Shown one piece after another: positions 19,458-31,168 of a stretch of DNA of 32,000 nt (the stretch's first letter is position 1; every line of letters begins with the position of its first letter). Origin of the DNA: Wallemia ichthyophaga EXF-994 (Eukaryota; Fungi; Basidiomycota); contig NW_008806279.1 in assembly GCF_000400465.1 (NCBI RefSeq), forward strand, positions 146,107 to 178,106. The letters are read 5' to 3'. A program made the translations under genes and the position numbers. The notes beneath the pieces are model-generated. The model was not told the DNA's origin and did not search any database. It saw only the letters and a program-made list of their open reading frames with translations.

Positions 19458-22031
19458 CTATATTTCCATAAAGTGTTGTCTGTCACTACCCGTATTGACT
19501 GTATGTTCTATATTCTCATCGCCTTTTTCTTTCTCTGGAAGTGGATCGTCGCTGCTTATATGCTGACGTCCTTCAATACGCTGGGTTGAGAACTTAGGGA
19601 ACGATCTCTTGTACAAGTACAGAAGAACCGTGTCCATTTGTGTGACAGGGCCGTCAAAGTGCGCCTTGAAGTATCCATGCGTTCCGAGACTCTCCTTTAT
19701 ATGACCCACTCTGCCATATTTGGTACGTAATTCAATCGGTTTAAAGTAAGCAATATCATCTTTTTCTTTTGGTTAGCAATAGAATAGCTTATTACCAGCT
19801 CACTTACCTGGATTGAAGAAAAGATAACGAACAGTGACAGTCTTCTTGTGCACCTTGAATGGATGTCCCGACAAGATAATCCTCTTAGCAATGATACGTG
19901 TAGGATCTGCGTCCTTGAATGTACCACTACCAACGAGATAAGGTGGTTTGCCATCCTCTCTCTCACGCAAATATACGATAGGTACCTTGCCCCAAGTGAC
20001 TGGACCAAAGATGGTAGCTACACTCGCATCGCCGTGTCTAAGGTATCTTTCGAACTTGTGCACGTTATTCACACCCTTCGGTGTGTTCTGTGAATATATC
20101 GGCTGGATTTGGATCTTCCTAGGACCAATAATAGCCGTGAGTGTCTCCTTAGATTTGACTATACCACTGTACTCAGAGTTGCGCGTAATTGTCATATTTA
20201 CCAATGACTTTTTCTTCTCGTGGGGCAGGAGACTGAATATGACAAGAGGCAGATCTGGCGATTGTGTGGATTCGAGATCTCGATTGACATTCTTGATGTG
20301 TAGTGTCACCCTCTTACCAGGAGCAACTGAGACTGATTGCTCATCTTCATCCACACCTAGCTTGGCCCTCTTGATCACACGCTTCGACATCTGGTCGTAG
20401 TTTTCGAATTCGAACACTTTGCTCATCTCAATAGGCAAGTTCTCGTAAGGATCCCAAGGCGAAGTTCTGAAAGATTTGAGACCGCGATATCTTGCAAAAC
20501 GTTCACGCGCTGATACGTCTAATGGGGTGTCTATCTCATCAGGGAACTCTGCATCTTCTTTCTCTTGGTTGAGGTATTCTTTGTACTGTTTTTCTTCTTC
20601 GGCGTCGTCGAAATCTTGGAATTCTTGGTCACGGGTGTCCATCTCGATCTCTTCATCATCCTCATCATCCTCATCAGCATCGTCGTGTACTGGTTTGTCA
20701 TCTTCTGCCATCTCGGCTTCACCTTCCTCCTCTTCCTCGCTGTCTTCATCTTGATCGTCACTGAGATCGTCATCATTGTCGTCTACTATCCAAGCTGCTT
20801 GATAAGATGATGTACCTTTTGGAACCTTTTTAGATCTAGAAGCTTCCTCTTCTGCTTCAGCTTGCGCTTGAAGACGCTCTCCTTCGGCCATCTCTTCCTC
20901 TGTTGGCCAGGTCTGTTCATTGCCCATTGTATCAGCTTCGTTCTCAGACACGAGATCATCCTGCTCTTCTTGGTCTGGTTTGGCAAGCAAACCTGTGTCT
21001 ACTTGGTCCACTGACATGGAGTTACCATTTGGTTTGTGGTTGAGCTGGCTAGGATGAGGAGAGTTTGTGATCTGAATGGGTTGTGAAAGGGGTGTATTTA
21101 GTAAAAGAAACTAACCAACCTTTTCAATTTGATAATCACCAGAGTTTGGAATATGGATTAACCTGTTAGAGTTGAGGTGTTCTCCTCTAACAACGCCTGT
21201 GAGCTTGAGTAGGGTGCCATCCCACTCTGCTTGTTCAGTGAGCATGTAAGACCTGTAGTCTCTCCAACTTGGTGATTTAGGAGTACCTGTAGCTATAGAT
21301 CTAATAGTGTTTGAGAGTTCGTTGAGTTGATCTGCTGAAGCTAATTTTGAGACATTTGGGAAGAAGTAGCTCAAGAAGGAGTGTAAAGAGTGTCTAATTC
21401 CTGTATCTTGTTTCTTGTCAACATTAGATAAACCTTGAATAATACCAAAAGTTTCGGAACAAGATTGAGCTTGAATACACCTAAGAGTAGTTTCACCCCA
21501 TTCACCGACCTCATTTGTAGCAGATAAAATGGGTAAAATGTAATCGGCAATCTTTGCTGAATCTAGAATGGACATGAAAGTTTGATTATTTGAAGGGAAT
21601 TGAGGGATTATGAATTGAAATTGCTGATTGAATCGTTCAACTTTACATCTAAAAATGCCAAAACCCTGATATTCCAAAGCAGAATCATTTTCACCAACAG
21701 ATTCTAATAACGATTTTACAACGTTTAAACCATTTACATCCTCTGTAAGTGATAAAACGAGTATTATTCTAGGTGCAGCGAATCTGCCTTCAAATAAACG
21801 CTTTCCTTGTAAAACTGATTCTCTCTTATTAGATTGAATTTGTTTAGCGTGATTTCTACGCTGTTGCTTGTTCAATTGATTATTAGAGGATGAAGTTTTT
21901 GAAGAAGATTGCTTTGAATCTATTCTGCCCTTATTGACATTCTTAGTTGACCTCTTTGTAGAATTCTTTGACTTGAATTTCTTATTCGATTGCTTAAGCG
22001 TTGGCCTGTGACTGTGTGCAGATGTGCTCAT
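19458..22031 (-). CDS. TSR1: 40S ribosome biogenesis factor Tsr1 (Bms1/Tsr1 family); introns 21072-21119 and 19760-19807
   Basis: [87 protein letters not shown]. Confidence 0.95.
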
Positions 22032-22237
22032 CACAGTTTATTTTGAAGAGAGAAGACGGAGTTAAGAGGGTGTAGAGGAATCGCAAAGGGGTATCGGATG
22101 TTAGTATATCTATAATAGACCCGATATCTAATCTAATCCGCTTTCAAATATCACTCAATTCACTTCTCCTCGGAGTTAAGTTCAAGTATTTCAACCGACA
22201 CTGCACTTTGACCTGCAACACCCATCTTTACACTAAA

Positions 22238-24010
22238 ATGGATCAAACAAAGGCTGTACACGACTTCTACTCAACAATTCTTATTTTAGATTGTAAGTTG
22301 AGCACTTCACCCAGTTTAAACACATCTAACGATTTGATTCAGTTGGTTCTCAAGTTAGTTGAGGCTACAGTACAAGCACAATCTACTCACAATCACTCAA
22401 GTACTCTCACTTGATCACAAGAAGATGTCGTGAACTTAACGTTTACTGTGAAATGTTACCTTGCACCCAAAAGCTCAAAGATTTGTCATGGAAGCCAAAA
22501 GGTAGATAACTCAGCTGAACTACACTCTCCGATCTAAATTGTCCTCCCAGGAATCATCCTCTCCGGCTCTCCCTACTCAACTTACGATACTGACGCCCCT
22601 AGAGTTGATCCTGATGTCTTCAACGCAGGTGTACCTGTTTTGGGTATCTGCTACGGCTTACAAGAAACTACAAACGTCTTTGGTGGTAAAGTTGAAGCCT
22701 GTGATCACAGAGAGTATGGTTTCGCTCAATTAGACATTGTACACAATGATCAACACCCACACGCTAATAAGCTTTTCGAAGGCATTCAAGGCTCTATGCA
22801 AGTCTGGATGTCACACGGTGATGCCGTCAGAGAAGCTCCAAAAGATTTCGTCGTTATCGGTAAAACTAACACCGCCCCATTCGCTGCTATAGCACACGTA
22901 AACAAGCCAATTTACGGTATTCAATTTCACGCTGAGGTCACCCACTCTCAACGCGGAAAAGAAGTCATTGGTAAATTCGTACATGATATCTGTCAATGCA
23001 AGGGCGAATGGACGATGGAGTCTTTCATCTCAAAGGAAATTCAAAGAATTCGTGAAATATGTGGCGATAAGGGCAAGGTCTTGGGCGCTGTATCTGGTGG
23101 TGTTGATTCAACTGTCGCTGCCAAGCTCATGCATGAAGCTATCGGTGACAGATTTCAAGCTGTCTTGGTTGACAATGGCGTTTTGCGTCTCAATGAAGCC
23201 TCCCAAGTCTACAAAACCCTTAGACAAGATCTCGGTGTAAATCTCAAAGTTATCGACGCAGCCGACTTATTCTTGGGCAAATTAGAAGGTGTCACTGATC
23301 CAGAGAAAAAGAGAAAGATAATCGGTAACACTTTCATTGAAGTGTTTGAAGCAGAAGCTGCAAGATTAGAAGGTGAAGCTGAGAAGGAAATTGAACAAGG
23401 TAAATTTAGCAAAGGTAAATTTGAATGGTTATTACAAGGAACACTTTACCCAGATGTTATCGAATCCATCTCCTTCAAGGGCCCATCAGCTACAATCAAA
23501 ACCCACCACAACGTTGGTGGTCTTTTGGCTGACATGAAATTGAAACTCATTGAGCCACTGCGAGAGCTCTTCAAGGATGAAGTTAGAGCTTTAGGAAGAT
23601 TGTTGGAGATTCCAGATCACTTAGTCAATCGTCAACCATTCCCAGGTCCAGGTTTAGCAATCAGAATTCTGGGTGAAGTCACCAGATCTCAAGTGGAGAT
23701 TGTTCAGCATGCCGATAGTATATATATGGAAGAGATTACAAATGCGGGATTATACAACCAGATATCGCAAGCATATGCTGCATTATTACCGGTTAAAGCA
23801 GTTGGTGTTCAAGGAGATAAGAGAACATATGAGCAAATAATAGCACTAAGAGCAGTCACAACAACAGATTTTATGACGGCTGATTGGTTTGATTTCCCTC
23901 ATGATGTACTCAAGCGCATTTCGTCAAGAATCACAAACCAAGTCAGAGGAGTAAACAGAGTCATGTTGGATGTCTCATCGAAGCCACCAGCGACTATTGA
24001 GATGGAATAA
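22238..24010 (+). CDS. GUA1: GMP synthase (glutamine-hydrolysing); introns 22293-22342, 22354-22401, 22502-22550
   Basis: Spliced [17 protein letters not shown], catalytic [42 protein letters not shown]-terminal [11 protein letters not shown]. Confidence 0.97.
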
Positions 24011-24204
24011 ATTTGTCAGATTCAGTTTATGTATTTTGTATTCGCTTTCGGTTTTTAATAATATAAATATTTTCACACACTAGACTCAAATAGGAAGGCA
24101 AATATTAATTTAATTAACTACGATTATGGAAAAGGATATATTGCTTGTTGCTTTAAAAAGACAAGAACAATATCTCTTTGCACAGCAACCACAAACCATA
24201 AGCG

Positions 24205-26764
24205 ATGAGATTTTCACCAAAACGCAAAACCCCACCAATTGACTCAGCTTCGATAGAATCTAGCTTGCGTCTCAACGGATCGGATCCTTCAATTAGACTT
24301 GTCACAGAAGAAAATGACGGGCTGTCAGCTGATGACAGGCCAAGTTACGAGGGTACAGCCCCCAGGAACAACGAAATTTCGTCCAATAAGGCGGACGGTT
24401 TTAAGAGCTTGGGTCGCCCCGCGTCTTTTATAACAACGACATCGTCAAATTCAGAAAATAACTATTTGACACCTGAACAGCCTTCTTCACCGCAAGCAGC
24501 TAACAACAAGACAAGCTACCGCAACATATCCCAAAGCTCTTTACCGAGACAATCAGCGGAAGTCACAGGCGTTGGAGAAATAGCACAGCAACCACCATAC
24601 ACATATACACATTCATTCGAACAGAAATCCATGTCAGCTAATCTAACTTCATCTTCGGAACTTTTCGATAAAGGAATTCAAGAGAAAGGCTTGCCAGAAG
24701 TGCAGCCCGATAGATCATCCAAGGCTCCTTTGGGAGGTGCGCGCAAACAGCGCAAATGGTTAATAGCAGGCGCGAGTACTTTAGCCGCGGTTGTTGTAAT
24801 CGTGTTGGTCATAGCGTTACCAGTTACGGTAAGTTGACATGTAATTTCCAGTTAATGTGCTTACGCGTATTCCAGCTCACCCGCAACAACGATTCATCGT
24901 CATCCTCGTCTTCATCCGAAAACAAAGATGGACAGCCCAAAACCAATGCTTCCGGTAACCTCGTTCAGACGTCAGGTGGTGACGGAAGTGAAGTGACGCT
25001 TGAAAATGGTGATACCTTTATTTACAATAACACATTCGGTGGCAATTGGACGAGCATCCCCTTCAACAACACAGCAAGAGCTCAATCTTACACGAAACCG
25101 CTCAGTGAGACATGGGATTACAACAATGACAGGATCCTCGGTGTGAATCTTGGTGGATGGCTTGTGCTTGAGCCTTTCATCGTCCCTGCACTTTACGAAG
25201 CTTGTGAAGACGCTGACACACCATGCGTTGACGAGTACACCCTATCCAACTACTATAGATCGCAAAACAAGTTGGAAGAAGTGTTAGACGAACACTACGA
25301 CACATTTATCACAGAAAAGGACTTTGCTGATATAGCCGCAGCTGGTCTAAACTGGGTCAGACTTCCAATCCCATTCTGGATGATTGAGACACAAGACGAC
25401 GAGCCATTCTACGAAGGCGGTTGTTTCAAGTACTTCCAAAAAGCCGTCAAATGGGCTCGCAAATACGGTCTGCGTCTTAACCTCGATCTTCACGCTGTAC
25501 CGGGTAGCCAGAACGGCTACAACCACAGCGGTCACTTGGGTAATATTCACTGGATGGCTTCGTACATGGGTCTCGTGAATGCGCAGCGCACGCTCAACTA
25601 CATTCGCACGATCACTGAACTGATCACCGAGGATGAATACAAGGATGTAGTGGCGATGTTTTCGGTCATCAACGAGCCATTTGGTCCTACTATCGGACGC
25701 GACGTTGTTGCGTCCTTTTACTTTGAAGCATACAACGTAATCAGAGAAATCACAGGCACAGGCGAGGGTAAAGGTCCATGGCTTGCTTTCCATGATGCAA
25801 TGGTCGGCGGTGCACAATGGTCTGATTTCTTGAGAGGTGCTGATCGTGTCGCGCTCGACATCCACCCTTACGTAGCCTTCAATGGCCAGAACAATGATCC
25901 TATGTCTGAGCAGGTGTGGAAGCCATGCGAAAACTGGGGAGCACAAACCAACCAATCCATGAACAGGTGCGTATCTGTTTACTGACAAGTTTCAATGCTC
26001 ATTCACCCTTCAGCTACGGTGTCACTATTGCAGGCGAATTCTCGCTCGCTATCAATGACTGCGGTACCGTGAATGGCGTCGATGAAGGCACGCGCTACGA
26101 GGGAACGTACACCAACGATCAAGGCAACGTCCTTCAACCCAACTTCGGTGAAGGAGCCTGTGATGAGTTTAACAATTGGCAGGGTTGGGATGACCAGTTC
26201 AAGTCTCAAATCAAAACATTTGGTTTGTCGTCGATGGACGCTCTCCAGAATTTCTTCTTCTGGACGTGGAGAATCGGCAAAAGTAGCAAAACAAACGACT
26301 TCGTCAATCCTTTCTGGTCTTATCAGCTCGGTTTGCAGCAAGACTACATGACCACCGACCCACACAGTGAACCATGGGGCACGTGCGAAAAGTTGAGCCA
26401 AGAGGACCAAGGACGCAATTGGAATTCCAACCCTGTACAAGACTACCCAGAATGGATGTTGGGTGGTGAAGGTGCTGGAGAATTATTTGGTGACACGTCA
26501 GCTTATAACACTTTCCCTCCTCAATCCTTCTTCAATGTTGATGACGTTGATAGCTTGCCACAATACACACAGACGGGCGACCGCATCGTGCTCGAACCTA
26601 GTCCTGTCGAGTACATGAATGAAGATGGCGAGCTGGAGAGCGTTGATAATGCCAATGGGTGGTATGACGATAGCGACGACACACCGTTCTACTCTGCTAT
26701 TGAAGGCTGCGATAGATACAGATCGCCTTACTATGAAGGTGATATCATTGGCGGTAACTGCTAA
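24205..26764 (+). CDS. Membrane-anchored GH5 glucan 1,3-beta-glucosidase (ExgD/Exg2-like); introns 24829-24875 and 25967-26013
   Basis: A disordered N-terminus, then RKQRKW plus one TM helix (LIAGASTLAAVVVIVLVIALPVT). GH5 motifs: GVNLGGWLVLEPFI, NWVRLPI, DLHAVPGSQNGYNHSG, INEP (acid/base), GEFS (nucleophile), FFWTWRIG. Confidence 0.88.
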
Positions 26765-26807
26765 TCATTTTCTTCAACTATTTTGCTTTTACACTTTTCA
26801 CCACGCA

Positions 26808-26839
26808 ATTCCCTTCACTTCTTATTCCCTTCACTTCTT
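26808..26839. repeat. Perfect 16-bp direct duplication (ATTCCCTTCACTTCTT x2) in a pyrimidine-rich 3' region
   Basis: Seen directly downstream of the GH5 stop codon. Confidence 0.8.
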
Positions 26840-27096
26840 ATTCTTCATTCGAAAAGGATTCTTTGCTATATTCCACTTTTCTCTCTTCCACTTTTTTCTC
26901 TCTTCTTTGAGGTCGCAGAACAATTTAAAGTACATATACTTAATAATATGCTTGTACATATTCTACTCGCAATCGATACACACATTCATTAGATGCAAAT
27001 GCTTCGAAGTGGTTGTACATGGTGCGGTATATATTAATGAAAAGTAATATGAAGCCAATAGAATCCCTCTAGTAGAATAGCTCAGTCGTAAATTGA

Positions 27097-29402
27097 CTAC
27101 CGCACATCTCTACTTGAATTCCTGACCAGCTCGTCGAACAAACCTTTAGCGCTACTTTCTGACTTGAGTTGAATGAGATAGATGATACCAGTCCTTTTCC
27201 CATTATCCGACATCTCCACCGCGAGTCCTGTCTTGCCCACCCTCTCCACAGCGTCGAGGAGGACATAATTACTTATAAGCAACGACTTAGCTTTATCAGA
27301 TTCGACGACGAGTTGTTTAGAATTCGACGGCGACTCCGTGTATAACTTAAGACCACCACTACCTAACGACTTCCAAGCCTGATGGCCGTGTTTAAGGAAC
27401 ACCTTACATCTCATCTGCGCACTAAGGCGCACTTTCTCCGGTTTGAGCGCTTTGGTATCTAGCTCTGGTGATTGAGGTGGAGAGTAAGAGTCTGTTTTGT
27501 TTTTTCCGCTCTTGATATCCCCAATGAGATTCGATGGCATGGTGAATTTACCACTAACATCGTGACTCAAGCTTTTGCTCGATTCCGTTTGAAGTGTGTC
27601 GACGGAAGGTATCCTTTCAGACAAAACAGCATGCGCGGGCTGATTGCCATCTGAGCGCGGTGCAAGTTTGTTGAAGGGTGGTGGTGGTGGTGGTATCATT
27701 CCAGGAGAAATCGGCCGGATTTGCGCGGGTCGTGGTCCCAAATGCATGTTGGATAGGTTGGCAGCGGATAGTTGATTTATTTGATGGTCTATTGAGTGAG
27801 GCGGTGGTGTTGCAAATGCTCCATTGCTACCCACCTGCCTCAATCCCATCATGGGAACGTTATCGAACGCAGGGAATGTGTCGCGCGGTGGTGGATGAGG
27901 AAATTTGGGTGGAGAATTATTTGGGAATATGTTAGGGGATGTGATAGGTGGAGAAGTGTGTGGGGAGTTGATAAGTGGAGGAATGTGCGCTTGTGGAAGT
28001 TGCGATGATTCGTCTGATTGTCTATTAGGTGGTTTGTTAACAGGACCTGTTGGAATTGAGTTTAATATATGATAAAGACAAGAACACTCCCACCATTGAA
28101 AGCAAAGTTGGTACAGTTGCCTATATCATCTATCCACTCATCTCGAGCTATCTCAGACTCCACTTTAATGGTTAGGGTCTCCTTCTTCATGATACTCAGG
28201 TCAAAAGCATTGTCTTGCTTATTCTTGAACGCTTTGAGGAACTTGCCAGACAGGGGTGGAAAGGACAACCACATGTCAGTGTTTGGTGCAGATATTTCAC
28301 TTTCTTTCTCACTTTGAGTCATGCGCTCAGCTACCAGGAAGAGATCAGAGAGGAGAAAGATGTGAGCTCTTCTCATAATGATCTCTTCTGTTGATTGAGG
28401 GGCAGTAGAAGGAGTGAAAGAGAGAACGACATCAGCAGACTTGACCAAACCCCTCTTGAATGGGAGGAATGAAGGCTGGATTTGCAATTTACACTTTTTC
28501 TGTTGCATGGAGAAGATGTCGAGTGTGCGTGAAGTATCAAGACGATGGGTAAGGTTGACAGCTTTAGAGTGGGCTGATAGCTGGGAGCTGTTTGAGGTGA
28601 TTGAGGAAGATTGAGAGTCGGTAGATTGAACTTGATTTGAGTGATGGTCAGATTGAACAGGTTGATGTTGTTCAGAGGATGACTGATCATTGAGGTTGCT
28701 GCTATCTGAAGATAAAGATGAAGAATCAGATTGTAAATTATTTGAAGCAGCAGCTCTAAGTTTAAGAGGATCGTCGAGTTGATTGAATCTAACTGAAGGT
28801 TGATGTTGTAAAGGAGTTTGAGTAGATTCTAAGACAATGTCTTGATTTTTATTAGGCGTTCGATTAGAAACATCCAACTGATCAACCAAAGACTGTAAAA
28901 TATTAACGCTATTTAATAATAAATTGTAATCAGGTTTAGAACTATTTGTTGATGAAAGTAAGTTTGAGTATAAGTCCAAGTAATAATTCAATCTAATCGC
29001 GGGTAGATTGAATAAATGATCGATATCTTTATCAATATTACGTAATATTTCATGTAGTTTTGAGTTAAACTTGATATCGGGATGTGAAGAAAATGGTGGA
29101 GACTGAGTGTATAGCTGTACATATTTTGAGTATGGCTGGTGAAAACCTTCAATGAAATTGAGCAAACTGTCACCGATCAATTTAAAGTTGTTACTAGTTG
29201 ATTGTAAGTTATTAAGGAAAGATCTATTAATTCTATAAACTGATTCGATAATTCTAAACATTCTATCGATATCAGGTGGAGGGAAGTTACTCCTTGACCA
29301 AGCAGAAGCGACTTTTCTAACGATCAAAGCTAAATTTTCAACAAAATCTATTTCAGTTTTAATTAAATTTATAAGTGGATTATCTGCGTCGTTGGTGGCC
29401 AT
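27097..29402 (-). CDS. Dbl-homology (RhoGEF-like)-PH protein with a Pro-rich linker and a C-terminal PH-like domain; intron 28047-28093
   Basis: DH-like LIKTEIDFVENL...LFNLPAIRLNYY..LL..., then a PH-like HIFLLSDLFLVAE...RDEWIDDI, a Ser/Gln-rich spacer and a Pro-rich tract. The 47-nt GT-AG intron joins ORF 28062-29402 in frame to ORF 27097-27852. Confidence 0.7.
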
Positions 29403-29423
29403 GGGAGTCTATATTCAACAATC

Positions 29424-30299
29424 ATGGAGGTTGATTTAGTTCATTTGAAATTACAAGATGAAGATCTACTAGAGGAGTTGAATGGTTTTGGCAGTGTCAA
29501 GGATATTTCAAAATTATATTTAAGGCAGAATCTATTGAAATTACAAGACGAGTTGATTGGATTTGATAATTTGGTGGAATTAGATTTATATGATAATAAA
29601 TTGGAATCTGAAAATTTAATCAATCTGAAGCACTTGAAATTATTAGATTCATTGGATTTATCTTTTAATCTGATCAGATGGATACACACCACACTACAGC
29701 AATTACCTTTGAAGCAATTATACTTGATTCAGAATAAGCTATCTAAAATTGAAAATCTGAACATTCCTACTCTTCAAGTTTTGGAGTTAGGCGGTAACAG
29801 ACTTAGACATATTGAAAATTTACACAATCTCCATCAACTCCAACAATTATGGCTTGGGAAGAACAAGATTGAGAAGATTGAGAACATCAATTCCCTAAAG
29901 TCAATGGAACTTCTTTCAATTCAAGCTAACAGACTAACTAGCATCGATGGCTTGGGTGGTTTGTCTAATCTCAAAGAACTATACTTATCACATAATGGAA
30001 TTAAAGATATTTCTGGTTTAGATGATCTAGTTAACTTGGAAGTACTAGATATATCTAACAATCAAATTAAATCTATAAACAACCTTTCACATCTCAAGAA
30101 ACTACAAGAACTTTGGGCTAACTCAAATCAGATTGATAATCTAGATGGCGTTGAGTCTCAACTTCAACACATACAATCCTTGCACACTATCTATTTGGAA
30201 CACAATCCCATTCAACACTCGCTCAACACCTCATACAGACGTAAATTGAAAATTTTGCTTCCTCAACTGAAACAAATAGATGCAACACTAACTCAATAA
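29424..30299 (+). CDS. SDS22: Protein phosphatase 1 regulatory subunit Sds22 (leucine-rich repeats), intronless
   Basis: LxxLxLxxNxI repeats (LVELDLYDNKL, LDLSFNLI, LELGGNRLRHIENL, LWLGKNKIEKIEN, LSIQANRL, LYLSHNGI) and an LRR cap YRRKLKILLPQLKQIDAT. Confidence 0.93.
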   Translation: MEVDLVHLKLQDEDLLEELNGFGSVKDISKLYLRQNLLKLQDELIGFDNLVELDLYDNKLESENLINLKHLKLLDSLDLSFNLIRWIHTTLQQLPLKQLYLIQNKLSKIENLNIPTLQVLELGGNRLRHIENLHNLHQLQQLWLGKNKIEKIENINSLKSMELLSIQANRLTSIDGLGGLSNLKELYLSHNGIKDISGLDDLVNLEVLDISNNQIKSINNLSHLKKLQELWANSNQIDNLDGVESQLQHIQSLHTIYLEHNPIQHSLNTSYRRKLKILLPQLKQIDATLTQ

Positions 30300-31035
30300 T
30301 TGAATCGTTTTAATGTTGGCTACAACTCCCTTTTCCTCAACCATCCAATCTACTATATCCCACTGCTTGAATTTTGTACTCCAATACAACATTTCTGACG
30401 TTAATGTCAACTTGCTACCTCTTTTCAGCTTCTTCTTCTTAGTGTGAGTGACATCATTTGTCAACTCTTTTAATCTCTCCAAGTCGCCATTTAATATCAA
30501 ATATTGAATTGGTTTATATCCACTGATACTCAAATCAACTTTGTTGGTGGATAGCAAGATATCTGTCATGGTTCTATCCTTGATTGATATCGCTTTGATT
30601 ATTGGGTAGCCACCCATGCAATTCACATCCGCGTTATAAATATTAATCAACCACTTGACTACATCATAATTACTGTACTTGATAACTGTTTTGGTTAATG
30701 ATTTACATTCCAACTGAATGGTGTTGTATAAACTCTCAACTCTCCTGATAATATCCACGTTAAGTATTCTAAACCCAAGCAAGTGATCAATCAACCTCTT
30801 TTGTACCAATCTATCGCTCATCCGATCTTTGAATCGTTGCTTAAAATTATTTATCAGGTATCTCATTTTATCCGCCGTATAACTCTCCTTCACCGCCAAA
30901 TGTACGTCCTTACAGACCAAATTCAGCGCTGGATTCCCTGCTGTTGCATTGATTGACTGAATCGCCTGGACTGTGTTAATCCATGGCCAGAACATCCACT
31001 GCACCTACATCACATGGCAACGCTTGCAAACTCAT
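30288..31035 (-). CDS. Hypothetical protein with an F-box-like N-terminus and ankyrin-like repeats; putative 34-nt intron 30971-31004
   Basis: Splicing gives MSLQALPCDVVQAIQSINATAGNPALNLVCK (F-box-like). Ankyrin-like segments follow (DVVKWLINIYNADVN..GYPIIKAI...ILLS; LYWSTKFKQWDIVDWMVE). The exact 5' structure is uncertain. Confidence 0.6.
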
Positions 31036-31168
31036 TCATCACCCTGCTCTTTTAGTGCAGTCGCCATCAAACACTATAAAATTCCAATAATACTTTAATA
31101 TTAAAAATTGCTACAAAATCGTATAAACAAATCAAGTAAAAGTAAAAAAACAACACTATACAGCTCTA

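Noticed and set aside
26764-27097. Largest remaining intergenic gap as a hidden gene or ncRNA
   Set aside because: It is a pyrimidine-rich low-complexity 3'-UTR-like sequence between convergent genes; I saw no spliceable ORF, tRNA or snoRNA structure.
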